The notes beneath the pieces are model-generated. The model had not been told where the DNA came from. It searched no databases and saw nothing but the letters and a program-made list of their open reading frames with translations. A stretch of DNA of 50,570 nucleotides from Catajapyx aquilonaris (Eukaryota): the NCBI GenBank assembly GCA_000934665.2, contig JYFJ02002806.1, positions 1 to 50,570 of the forward strand. The letters are read 5' to 3'. A program made the translations under genes and the position numbers. Numbering within the stretch: the stretch's first letter is position 1; every line of letters starts with the position of its first letter. Below, in pieces: positions 38,510 to 49,403 of this stretch.

Positions 38510-41500
38510 ATGATGCAGAAGAATACCCCACCTACATCACCACCCGACATGGAAGCCCCTGAAGAGGAGGAGGAGGAGGAGGAAGAGGACCTGGATGCTG
38601 CAGAAATAATAGAACTTGATGACAACGAAGAGGTTGAGGATTCAGGTGACGAGGATGATGGTCACAACGATGAGGAAGATGATATGGTCATCCCAGACAG
38701 CACCGATGATGCAGACTTAATCTTTACGAGGCACACTGGATCGGTCTTTGCATGTACTTTGGACCCAAAGTCCAATGGGAAACTAGCCCTTACAGGAGGA
38801 GAGGATGACAAAGCGTATGTCTGGGACACAGGAACTGGGGACGTTGTCCTGGAGTGTACTGGACATAAGGTAATTACGTCTCATATACAGTCGAAGATGT
38901 GATGTTGAATTAACATACATGGTGTTCCATAAGTCATCCTGAACTCTTGTCAGGGGAAATGTCACAGGCTGCTAACCTGTTCAGCAGGCACAAAATTCAT
39001 CATGTAGGGGAAGTGTGGATGGCCCAGATGGTAACGTCTCGGCTTGCTGAGTGAAAGGCCCCAGGTTCGATCCCCGCCTGGGGAACTTTCCTTTCACCTG
39101 CGTCAGGAGGGTCTCTGACCTGCACCAAGGAGGTGTCTGGCAACCTAACCTCCTGGGGAACAGCACATGACCCCTTTACCGACATTGCACTTGCACCAAT
39201 GTTCCCTCCCCAAAAATCCCGATATCCTTACCTCATGTCCTTTCATCCTTGCACCGGAGTTAGAAGAAAAAATCAGAAAATTGAAGGAAAAATGGTGGTA
39301 TTCCACCCCCCTATAAGGGCCTATGGCCCTATCACGGGGTTAAAAAAATAATAATAATTTAAAAAAAATCATCATCATGTATGAGTGTGGAACTTCACCT
39401 GCCAATAGATTACCAAACCTATTTTCAGATGGATAACTAGCAGAGCTAGTGAGTGATGCTGATTCTGAGCTGACTTTTGGGACATCCTGTGTAGCAACTT
39501 TCACATTAACATAGGCTGCATGCAGGGAATATTATATTAAATTAAATTCCTTGCAGGATTCTGTGATATGTACTGGGTTCAGCCATGATGGGGTGTACGC
39601 AGCCACAGGAGACATGAGTGGGGTCGTTAAGGTTTGGAAGATGTCAACCAAGCAGCTTGTGTGGAGTTTTGAGGCTGGAGATTTGTCTGTAAGTGTTGAC
39701 AAGATTCACCTGTGAGAAAGTGTGACACTGGAAAATTACATTGACTGGGTAGTGCTCACCTCTCATGATTAGGATCCTTAAAATTCATGGTGTCATCATA
39801 TATTGGTAATAATACTGCATGCAGTGAATATGAATTTCAAATTTTTTTTAACATGGTTGTATCTTGACAGTGGCTCAGCTGGCACCATGGAAGCCATGTC
39901 CTTCTGGGTGGATCAATAGCAGGAGAAACCTGGATGTGGCGGATACCTTCAGGTGAATGCAAGATCTTCCCTGGCCATGGGGAAAGGAATGAGTGTGGAG
40001 CTGTGCTTCCAGATGGAAAGAGGGCTGTCATAGGTTACAGTGATGGAGAGGTAAAGGTGTTTGATCTCAAGGCAGGTAGCTCGACCCACCACATGGTCTC
40101 GGGAGGTGGAAGTGGAAGTGGAGGGGCATCGGCTGGAGCCGGGCTTGTCACCTGCCTGGACACTCACCATGACAACACTCTGGTACTTGCTGGAAGCACT
40201 GATGGCAATGCCAGGATTTTCAACACTCACACTGGGAAGGTCAGTCAGAAGGGTTTTTAAAATTCTGATTGCAATTATTCCGATTGTTTCAAAACATTGT
40301 CATTTTAGTAATCCAATGTTGCAGAAATGAACTTCGTGCACAATTGACACCAATTTACTGTATGCAGATTCTTGCTACTCTTCCCTGTGGGCCTGACTCC
40401 TCGACTCAGCCAGAGTCATCAGGGGACTCCTCTTCATCAGCCAGCTCAGTCGAGGCTGTGTCCTTTTGCCCCCCGAATCTGGCCTTAGGCACTGCAGCTA
40501 CAGCCACAGTGGATGGCCAGGTGTGCGTGTGGGATGTGTCAACTCACACTCGAAAGCACCTCTGCCAGCAAGATGCAGGAGTGGTCAAAATCCAGTGGGA
40601 CCCAACCCCTACACCTGTTCTCTACACGGCCGGGTTGGATGGAGTGATCCGTGTTTTTGACTCTCGGACTGGTAGCATAGAGGGAACACTTGATGGGCAC
40701 ACTGCAAACATACTCGACATGGCACTCTCCAGGTGGGACACATTTTCAACTTTCTGTGTAATGTGCTAGAATGGTAGCATTGGCATTTTTGACTGCATAT
40801 TCCGTGGTGTTAGTGAGATTTGTAAAATTCGGTCATTGGCACCTGAGATTGTGTGGTACAAATACAGTAAAACTTCTATAAGTCGAATCTCCATGGGACT
40901 GGGAAAAAACTTCGAGTTATAGAAGATTCGAGTTAGATAAGTTTGGCTTTTTTTAAGCACAGAACGCGATAAAGAAGCCTACCTTTATATCCAGCAACGA
41001 AAGGTGTTCAAAAGTTAAAAATTACTGTCACTATTCACACTTACAATGTTCCTCGTTGTTGTATTTTTTAAAAAACTATGTTATGGACATTTGCCTACTC
41101 TTAGATTCAAGGATTCAGTTGTCACAATCGAGTCAAACACTTTTTTCAGTACATCTGGTAGACAGCACGGAGGTCAGGAAATTCAGCCTTTCTGTACATG
41201 TGGCCTACTCTCGACCCTTCGACTGGGAAATGAGACAAGTTTCCGTACTCGCCAACATGAACTTCGACTTAGGGAGACTAAAAATGCATTGATATCCCAT
41301 CGTAATGCCCTGCCAGCATTTCGAGTTATAGAAATTCGAGTTAGGGAAGTTTATTTCCTATTATTTTACATTGGGACCAACCAAGCTCATCATTTTCTTC
41401 GACTTATGGAAGTACGACTTATAGAAGTTTTACTGTAGTAAGGAGTAGTAAGGAATGTTGGAGCGGGGCTGTGTGGTCGGGTCGCCGTAACTCTGACACA

Positions 41501-42550
41501 GTAAGGAGGCGTAAACACTTTTTTTCTGGTATGAAGCAACACACCTTACTCGCATGACATCAAGTGGACTTAACTTCAATGATGCTTCAAATTTGTATGG
41601 ACCTATGATGTGATAGAAACGCATCGTAATATGTACCACGACACACTGTGCCATTATGGAGCTACTTGATCCCATTTCATGTGTCTCCTGGTCCCTCGAC
41701 TTAGTCAGTGGTTTAGCAAATTCAAGTCACAGCCCAACCTATGCCCTCCCTGCTGCTAGCTGCAGGTTTGGTCGGCAGTTGAAAGTGTTACGTGAGAAGG
41801 GGTGGAGCCAGAGCACCAAATGGTTCGGAAAGAGGTATTGCACACCCTGAGAATCACCCATCCACTCCTTGACCCACTTCTTATCTTTACCTTTCTTTCT
41901 GCTGGTATGTCTTCCCCTCTTCCATCTATTTTTTTCCACACAGTCATTGACCCAAGAGTTTGTTCTCACCTACTTCTCCAGAGGTGTTATGACAACAGTT
42001 AAATTTATACCCCTGAACGACCTCAGACCCCTAGTATCACCAGTGATAACCTCACAAGATCACTGGTAGTATGAAGGTTTCAAATCTTTTCCCAGATTGT
42101 GGTTACAAAGTAGTAGTTGGGACCCAACGGATCACACACATGCTGTGCAACTTTGATTTTTCTGCAAGAAGCAGCTGTGAATTGCTAAAGCAACTGATGA
42201 CAAGTTAAGAAAGAGACTGTCCCCATTTTACCTTGTGTCTGAGGAGGTTATAGCCGCCCCACAATGGTGGCTTGTGCAGCAGAACGTATTACTACATGTT
42301 TTGATCTCATCGTATGTCAATCCAAGTAACGAAGCATCATTTCCGTGAAGTTCCTGTGAGGTCATATGAATATGGTGTGTTGGGTCATGCCAGGATCAAT
42401 AAGATTACCTGTTCCTCTACATGTATTGTTTTGTTTTCATAGCATCAATATAATTAACAATGCCTTGCTTTTAGGGATGGCAGCACTTTAGTGACAGCAT
42501 CAGATGACAAGACAAGCAGAGTCTTTTCACTTCACAAGGTGGACAGATGA
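38510..42550 (+). CDS. AAMP: Angio-associated migratory cell protein (AAMP/Sqt1-like WD40 protein), about 433 aa; join(38510..38869,39557..39688,39871..40239,40368..40732,42475..42550)
   Basis: Acidic N-terminus, then WD40 repeats: HTGSVF...[21 protein letters not shown]...[53 protein letters not shown]...[21 protein letters not shown] introns with matching phases; AATAAA at 42800-42805. Confidence 0.92.
38918..39489. mobile_element. Degenerate Tc1/mariner-type MITE in AAMP intron, interrupted by a SINE
   Basis: Left end TA|CATGGTGTTCCATAAGTCA versus reverse complement of the right end CAGGATGTCCCAAAAGTCA (15/19 identical); resembles CAGGGTGT-type termini. The right-hand TA is not intact. 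Confidence 0.55.
39007..39371 (+). mobile_element. tRNA-derived SINE, copy 2
   Basis: Box A TGGCCCAGATGG, box B GGTTCGATCCC, A/(AAT)n tail, and a perfect 10-bp target-site duplication TCATCATGTA (38997-39006 and 39372-39381). Confidence 0.85.
40865..41435. mobile_element. Tc1/mariner (pogo/Tigger-like) MITE, 571 bp, in AAMP intron 4
   Basis: Perfect 21-bp TIR CAGTAAAACTTCTATAAGTCG, TA on both sides, internal TTCGAGTTA/TTCGACTTA subterminal repeats, no transposase ORF. Confidence 0.9.
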
Positions 42551-42836
42551 ACACCCTCCTCCGGTTTGTGATATGGCGTATCCTGAACAATATATACGTG
42601 TTATTTTTCATAAGTCTAACCTTGTACTTGTGGTTTCATGTTTAAGAATTGAGTTTACTTCCATGTGTATTGGACACTATATTTCCCTGTTTTTCACAGG
42701 TTTGTACCGTGCTGGAAAAACTAGAGAAGTTAATGGGGATTGTAACGATAATATCATTTTATCAATATGATTTTTATCATGTTAACACCAGGAGGTGTAA
42801 ATAAAAGTTTATTCTCACCAGTCTGAATATTTTTGA

Positions 42837-42930
42837 TGTACTATTAATCGCAAAAGTAATCACATAATATATCACCTATAAAGACGCCACCACATAACAG
42901 TGCGACATTACTTTTGCGGTTAATAGTACA
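42837..42930. mobile_element. Very short (94 bp) MITE-like inverted repeat
   Basis: TGTACTATTAATCGCAAAAGTAAT ... ATTACTTTTGCGGTTAATAGTACA: 24-bp inverted arms with one mismatch. Confidence 0.65.
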
Positions 42931-43373
42931 CCCAGGTTACCTCAAATTGCAATCATAGCTGAAAGGGTTAGAGACACAAGACACGATCAGAAAGCCCAAA
43001 ATCCTGCTGCTCGTACCAAAAGTTTCAGATGTCATACCTGCCAGGATATTTTATACCTTGTGTTTGATGCTCTCGGTAACTATGCTTTGGAGACCCACAA
43101 TACGTACGTATACTTAAAATGAATGCCCCAATGTGATGGTATGTTAAATTTCCGTGCCCTGGCAGGTGGTACTTTATTTTCATGCATGTCAATCTGACAG
43201 CACTGACAATAAATTAGTGATCAATGAAGAAGGTATCTAAAACATTTCTTTTTCCAGCTGTGAAAAATGAGCACTGGAGAGGGGAAGATTCCACAGATCA
43301 ATACTTGCCATTTTGCCAAGATCAATGCTTGTTTATTTTTAAATTCGTCCCTATGGTGGCAGAAGGTATGGGC

Positions 43374-43400
43374 GTTGCCACAGCAACCTTAGTTGTTTAC
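43374..43400 (+). promoter_or_regulatory. RFX X-box plus adjacent forkhead (FoxJ1/Fd3F-type) site upstream of DRC5
   Basis: GTTGCCACAGCAAC (43374-43387) matches GTNRCC-N(0-3)-RGYAAC; TGTTTAC at 43394-43400; about 140-160 nt upstream of the ATG of a motile-cilium gene. Confidence 0.65.
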
Positions 43401-43536
43401 TTTTTAGAATTGATAAGTGCTGGTTGTGTTCCAGCTATAATCGCGTGTACTCTCTGGTGGTGACCAACTGCTTCTCTTCTTTGGCACAAACCACAGAAGC
43501 TTTTTTGTAAGTAGGTATACAAGAGAGTGAGTGAAG

Positions 43537-45590
43537 ATGAGGATCCCACATACAGTTCCTCGCTCGGCCATCCGAGTCCACTCGGCCAACCCAGAAGGTG
43601 GCAGGCACTCGGTGGACATGACACATGGCATTGTGTCTGACAACCCTTACTGGGACGAAAAGATGCCTTCCAGGCTCTCAGAGCTGTGCGTCGAAGCTAT
43701 GTCAAAGAGATTCCCTGTTCTAGGTTAGTAGACATGCGACCTGCCTCTCCAGACAGTACATAATGAGGGAGATGATTAGGTTGAATTAATGATATTTCTC
43801 TGATCTTGGCAGCCTTGGTAGGGGGTCCCAACGTGGTGGACAAGATGGCCCCGAAGGACGTGGACTATCTGATGGATCTTCTTCCCTTGGACTTGCCCTT
43901 CCCTCTGCTGGCCACGCACATCTCGGATGACCACTTTTGGAAGCGATACTCAAAGACCAAGTGGAACGCGTGCGACATGTCGAAGCACAGGGAGAAGGAA
44001 TGGTGCCGGTATGCCAAGGAGCGGTTCCTGGCAGAGGCCATCGAGTCATACACACCTGGGCAGGACAGTATGGACGACGTGGCCTTCCTGGTCGACCTGT
44101 GTAAGGAGAAGGTCGTGCAACTCCAGCTGAACCAGCTCTTGCCCACCACCGACAGGAAGTCTTGGGGATCTGACCCCAGCGTGACGGAGCTGAGGCAAAT
44201 TGTCAATGACCACATCGACCTGACCCCGGTTCTGGCCAATCTGGCCAAGCTGGAGGATCTGACCGTAAGGTTCGGGGCCAAGAGATGCGGGACAGACTTT
44301 GCCTGGCGCCTCTTCGACGTGACCGAGAATGACATGAGCAATCTGAACAGGGCTCTGGAGAAGAGAAAGGACCAACTCCGGTCTCTGCGGGTAGCCAGGA
44401 GCAGGCTGGAGCCCAACCACATGGTCATCCTGGCAGAGGGGCTGCTGCCCATGTCGGCCTTGGCCTCCATCGACCTGTCACACAATCGACTGGAGGACAA
44501 GGGGGCAGAGGTGCTGGCCAAGGCCATCATGTTCATGCCCAGCATCAAGGAGTTGGACCTGACCAACAACGGCATCGGATGCCCGGGTGCCAAGGCATTG
44601 GCCCATATGCTGACCATCACGAAGGTGACAATGGAATCCCTGAACCTCCGCCTGAACCGCATCGGGGACACTGGTGCCAGCAGCCTGGCTGTGGGACTGT
44701 CCCGCAACATGAATCTGCTGGAGTTGAACATGACCTGCAACCGGTTCGGAAGCTGCGGCGGGCAGGACTTTGGCCGAGCCCTGACCCACAACAAGTCCCT
44801 CCTCTCTCTGGACCTGTCCGGAAATAATCTGGGTTCCAAGGCGGGAGAGGTCTTGCTGGATGGCATCCGCACGAACACCTCCCTCGAGTTCCTGGACCTC
44901 CGTCTGTGCGGAGCTGGAGAGGAGAATGTGTACATGGCCAACGAGGTGCTGACCCGGAACAGGGAGCAGCACCGCATTGTGAAGAGGCAGGGGATGCTGG
45001 ATGTCAGGGCAGAGAGGAAGGCCCAGGAGGAGGAGGCCTTGACCCACTTCGCCAGGACCAAGCTGCCCAAACCGGAGGAGGAGGATGCCCGACTGGTGCG
45101 ACAGGAGCAGAGACAGGAGAAGAGGCGCCTTGACCGGTTCAGGAGGAAGGAGCTCCGGACGCAGGCCGTTGTGCAGGGGTACCGGATGCCCAAGTTCAAT
45201 GCGCCAGAGAGGAAGAAGATCCGTGGGTATGAGCGCCAGATGGCCAAGAAGTACCTCAAGGACATAGAGGAAGCGGATCACTCCAAGCTGCGTGCCCTGT
45301 GGCAGGCTGAGGAGGACATAATGGTTCAGCTGGCATGGGAGGAGAACCCTTATGACCAGGAGGCGGACAGCGACCTGTCCCAGAAGAAGGCCAGCAGCAA
45401 GATCCTCTTGGGGGTCGACTCCAAGTACAAGCCCTCCAACCTTGCCTTCGTGTCTCAGTCCTTCGTCAGTACGGCAGAGGTTGAATTGGACTCTTTGGTT
45501 GGCGACAAGGACAAGGAAGAAGAGCCTCCAGCAGCGGCACCAGAAGGCAGCAGCCCAGAGACTGGCGGGCAGGAGCAGCAGGAGCAGCAG

Positions 45591-45621
<31 letters not shown>

Positions 45622-45716
45622 AGACCGCAGCTGAAGCCAAGCCCCCGGAGGACGCAGAGCAAAAGACTTCATCTGTGGAGGCAGTAGTCGACAATGACCA
45701 GGAAGAACAGCAGTGA
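43537..45716 (+). CDS. TCTE1: Dynein regulatory complex subunit 5 (TCTE1), LRR protein, about 696 aa; join(43537..43723,43813..45716)
   Basis: N-terminal IVSDNPYW...LSELCV, LPLDLP...ISDDHFWKR, ERFLAEAIESYTPG, LNQLLP, DHIDL, then ribonuclease-inhibitor-like LRRs (IDLSHNRLEDKGA, LDLTNNGIG, LNLRLNRIGDTGA, LDLSGNNLG, LDLRLCG). One phase-1 GT-AG intron; AATAAA at 45995-46000. Confidence 0.88.
45570..45620 (+). repeat. Coding (CAG/GAG)n repeat giving a poly-Gln tract in the DRC5 tail
   Basis: CAGGAGCAGCAGGAGCAGCAGGAG(CAG)n encodes QEQQEQQEQQQQQQQQQ. Confidence 0.85.
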
Positions 45717-47578
45717 GAAGAAGAAGAAGAAGCGTGCTGAATTTATAGCCATATCGCATATTGCAATTCACTTGTGCGCAGACATGCCCAGAGAGTGCCA
45801 TTAAGGTTATAGGTTGATTAATATGCATCTGTTGCATAATATCAAAAACCATCTATTGCGGAGAGCAGGTTTATTGCAGATGCCTTCTTTTTTTCCCCTT
45901 ATTTTATATTTCTGCTTTATTCAAAACTCCGACTCTTGTGCTTAAGATGCGCCTTTATAACCTGCAATACAGTGCATCAACCAGATAAGTCATGAATAAA
46001 GTCTTGAACAAAAATATTGCTGGGTGTCATTTAAATTACCTTCTTCCCAGATGTGACATTAACATCCTTCCTCTTAAACATTTCCCTGACTCATAATTGA
46101 CATGAGCTTATTTTCAGGGACCAATAACTTTTCAAGTGGCGAAAGTCTCTCGGGCTGGATAAGAGAGAAAACAATAACACAGAGCAGATATTTTCCGATT
46201 GGTGTGCTGTGTTTCAGCCATTGTGTTGTCAAAGACCTTGGTGACTAGGATCTACATTCATTTGTTGAAAGCCACCTAATATTTGCTACAGATCTACCAT
46301 TTGTTGCATGATCATTACATCTTCCTTGAACCCACCCGCCCCACTTCTGGCCCTCCCCTTATGCTTGCAGCTGTCCCTTTCCTTCTAGACCTGTGAGCAT
46401 GATGGACGTGTTCTCCTGATGACTCCAGGACTAGTGCAGGTATATTTGGACCCCATTTTGATTTAGATGGGATCCTTTCTCATGATACTCGTATTGCCTG
46501 GGGCTGCTGCACTGCATCAGGACAGCTGATGTTCGCTCATTTTTTTATTGGTCAAGTCCAATTGCAAGTCAAACAGGAATAGGAGGCATTTGTTATTGGA
46601 GAGCATATTTTTATTAGCTTCGTTTACAGGTAATAAGGAGGCACCCGGTTGAGAAACTGCACTTTGTGGACCGAAGGTTGATGTCTCATCCCACTTCAAG
46701 TAGATCATCAGGTTACGCCAAGCTCATCTAGACCTCGAATGCATGGATGGTGAGTACAGGGACTAGAATGAAAATCTGACGATTACAGGATGGCGACAAT
46801 GTTATCCCATTGCAACAATTATGGTCAGTTGGACTGTTAGGTCTTTAATGAAGAACATTTCCTACTGTCTAAGTTAATTTATTCAGAATTCTCCATCAAT
46901 ATGTCTTCATAGGACAGCTGAGAAACTTTCAAAAAGAGTTCAAAGTCGCCCCACTCTACGGTACACTGCGCATTGCTCAATATGACTAATATAGGGTCAA
47001 CAATGGTTTTGTTAATTCCACCAATGTCACTTTTTATTATGTATTAGTATAGTATTATATTAGCCGTCCATACATTCGGCAATAAATATGGAAGCCAGTG
47101 GATATTGGAAGCTAGTGCTTGGTCAGTGAGAACAGTAGCTTTTAGAAGTAGTAGTGATCAAAGTAATTTCAAAATTCCCTAACCAGAGATTGGCATCACT
47201 CATTTGAAAATGGATTAATTCTTTTGTATTCATATTCTCCAGTCCTATTTGTTTTCCATCAATATTTCGATCCTCCCCAATCTTCCTAATTACCTTCATT
47301 TCCATTCCATACATTTCATCTAAAAATAATAGCAATTCGAAAATTAATTCCATCTTGAAATAAATGGTGTATATCACTGCCCACAACTGTTGACGGTACA
47401 GGTTCATAAACCATTTCACTTCTGCTCTAAAATAGGTTAGCATTGTCGAGTTACAGTCCAGGGACATTTTCAGTTGAAGGTGAAGGAGATACTCATAATT
47501 GCGCAGTGGTATTGGTTATCACGTCTTTTAATGCTGAATTTTTTTGTTGCAATGATTTTTCTGATATATGGCATTATC

Positions 47579-47758
47579 CAAGGGGGTACTGCGTCGGGGT
47601 ACTCACTTCGGTACTCCGGCATACACCTGCAGTGGTACTCTTTGGTACTTCTTAGGCACGGAGGTCCTTATTGGATGACTCAAGGTTCCGTGCTCCTTAG
47701 GTACTCCTTGAATTTGGCACTCCGGTGTACACTTTACTGTCGAGTCAGTACCCCCTCG
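47579..47758. mobile_element. Short MITE-like element with internal GGTACT repeats
   Basis: Left CAAGGGGGTACTGCGTCG versus reverse complement of the right end CGAGGGGGTACTGACTCG (15/18); GGTACT/GGCACT recurs several times inside. No clean TSD. Confidence 0.55.
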
Positions 47759-48030
47759 AATGAAATTCAGTGGGAAATTTTTTTACCGGCATTCCTCATG
47801 CAATATTTACAAGTACTTTCACAATTATTGGTAGGCCTCCCACTGGCAGTGCAAGTTCCACACACCTCAAATACTGTATTACCCTGGTATTACCAGCAGT
47901 TGGTTACTAAACTACATACACCACATTATTCTACTTTTAAAATTACAACATAGAAATATCAAGTCGAATAACATGGAAGAGGTAGTGCAGGAAGTGGGGA
48001 AAAAAGATACTCGAAAATAGAAGAAAATAA

Positions 48031-48102
48031 TGGAGGTGCCGGGGATCGAACCCGGGACCTTTCACATGCAAAGCGAATGCTCTACCACTGAGCTACACCC
48101 CC
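48031..48102 (-). tRNA. tRNA-Ala (anticodon TGC)
   Basis: GGGGGTGTAGCTCAGTGGTAGAGCATTCGCTTTGCATGTGAAAGGTCCCGGGTTCGATCCCCGGCACCTCCA: 72 nt, full cloverleaf, G3:U70 alanine identity pair, T-runs downstream. Confidence 0.96.
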
Positions 48103-48940
48103 ACTTCGTAGGAATTATTGCTTCATTACGAGGGGACCTATGCATATGTTCATAACACATCATATTGAACATACTTTCATGTATAGGGTAACACCATTAA
48201 GAAGGGTAGATGCTCTGTATAGGCTGTGTACAATACACGATATTGTACTAATAAATACTTCATCAATAACAAAATCTACGATTTCATACGTCGTATTTAA
48301 TGTCTCTGTCTCTATAAAGTGAGTGATGGCCAATAGTTTCACATCTATCTATTCTCTTCCTCAGATGCAGGGCAGAACTCCTGTTCACATAAACCGCCTG
48401 GAGGAGGAGCAAGAAATGCAGAGAAGAACGCTCGAAGGAATATTGGAACACTATCATCACCATTATCACCAATGATCATACCTATCAGAATCTACATCAA
48501 TGTGCAATTATGCCGATTAACTTTTTTCATATAATGCCTGTTGTGCCCACATCTGTGGATCGGAAAAAACAAAAACAAACTTGCTAATAAAGAACCTTAA
48601 TTATCCCTCATTAAATTCTTCCTTGTTGAGATTCCAGGTTAATTACGGTGTGCAGAGGGAGGTTGGCCAGGTCTTCAGGGAGGCAAGCACAGTAGGCCTA
48701 CTATATTATTAAGGAAATATAATCAAAAAGGATTCAATTTCATAGTATGTGATTGCCTCTAAGCATTAAAATACGTTACTCTAGTATTAGTTCGAGGGAA
48801 ACATTTTAACTTGACTGTCATGGAGTTTTATGCAAAGAAAAACATGTCAAAATATTCTTGCAAGTCTGCATTAGCCCATCTTGAAGTGATGGCGCCCGTT
48901 CTTTACAATAACTACATGCTGGAGAGAGTGTCAGTATCAA

Positions 48941-49007
48941 AGTAGCGCAGTGGTCTAGTGGTTAAGACTCTCTCTTCGTAACCAGAAGGTTGAAGGATCG
49001 AATCCTG
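48941..49007 (+). pseudogene. Degenerate tRNA-like Pol III unit
   Basis: Box A TGGTCTAGTGG (48951-48961), box B GGATCGAATCC (48995-49005), loop TTCGTAA; no acceptor stem; TTTTT at about 49026. Confidence 0.55.
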
Positions 49008-49140
49008 AAAAAAAGACGTCGTTTCTTTTTATCGCTACGGATCTTTCCCGCTGTTACTTCATCTCTCAATTCACATTTATTTCTCTTTGAAGTGCATCTG
49101 GTAAATAGGCTAGACCTTCCAACACCCATACTTTCGTTGC

Positions 49141-49208
49141 AGTAGAGCGTGGCTCTATGGTAACGCATCAGACTCTCAATCGGGAGATGTGGGTTCAAAT
49201 CCCGAATG
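49141..49208 (+). pseudogene. Second degenerate tRNA-like Pol III unit
   Basis: Box A-like TGGCTCTATGG (49150-49160), box B GGTTCAAATCCC (49192-49203), loop CTCTCAA; acceptor stem not formed. Confidence 0.55.
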
Positions 49209-49403
49209 TCCATGGTTGAGAGTCAGAAAAAAAATTTGCAGCCGACATCTCTGACCAAGATGGCGACTGTTTCTTCGCAGTTTCCCAAACACTTCTTCAG
49301 AGGTGTTAGAGGAGCAGCGAAGAAGGGGTGGAGGGGTGGAGAGGGGAAAGACAGGGGGGAGGGGAGGGGAGAAAATTTTTTAAGAAATTTTTATGACACC
49401 TGC

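Noticed and set aside
41739..41969. Faint LINE reverse-transcriptase-like words ([15 protein letters not shown])
   Set aside because: They lie in different frames, no YADD-type core is present, and the similarity is too weak to support.
43036..43167. 10-bp inverted repeat ACCTGCCAGG/CCTGGCAGGT
   Set aside because: Too short and lacks a TSD, so it cannot be called a MITE.
43865..45662. Long minus-strand ORFs (466 aa and 394 aa)
   Set aside because: Antisense shadows of the GC-rich DRC5 coding exon with no recognisable motifs.
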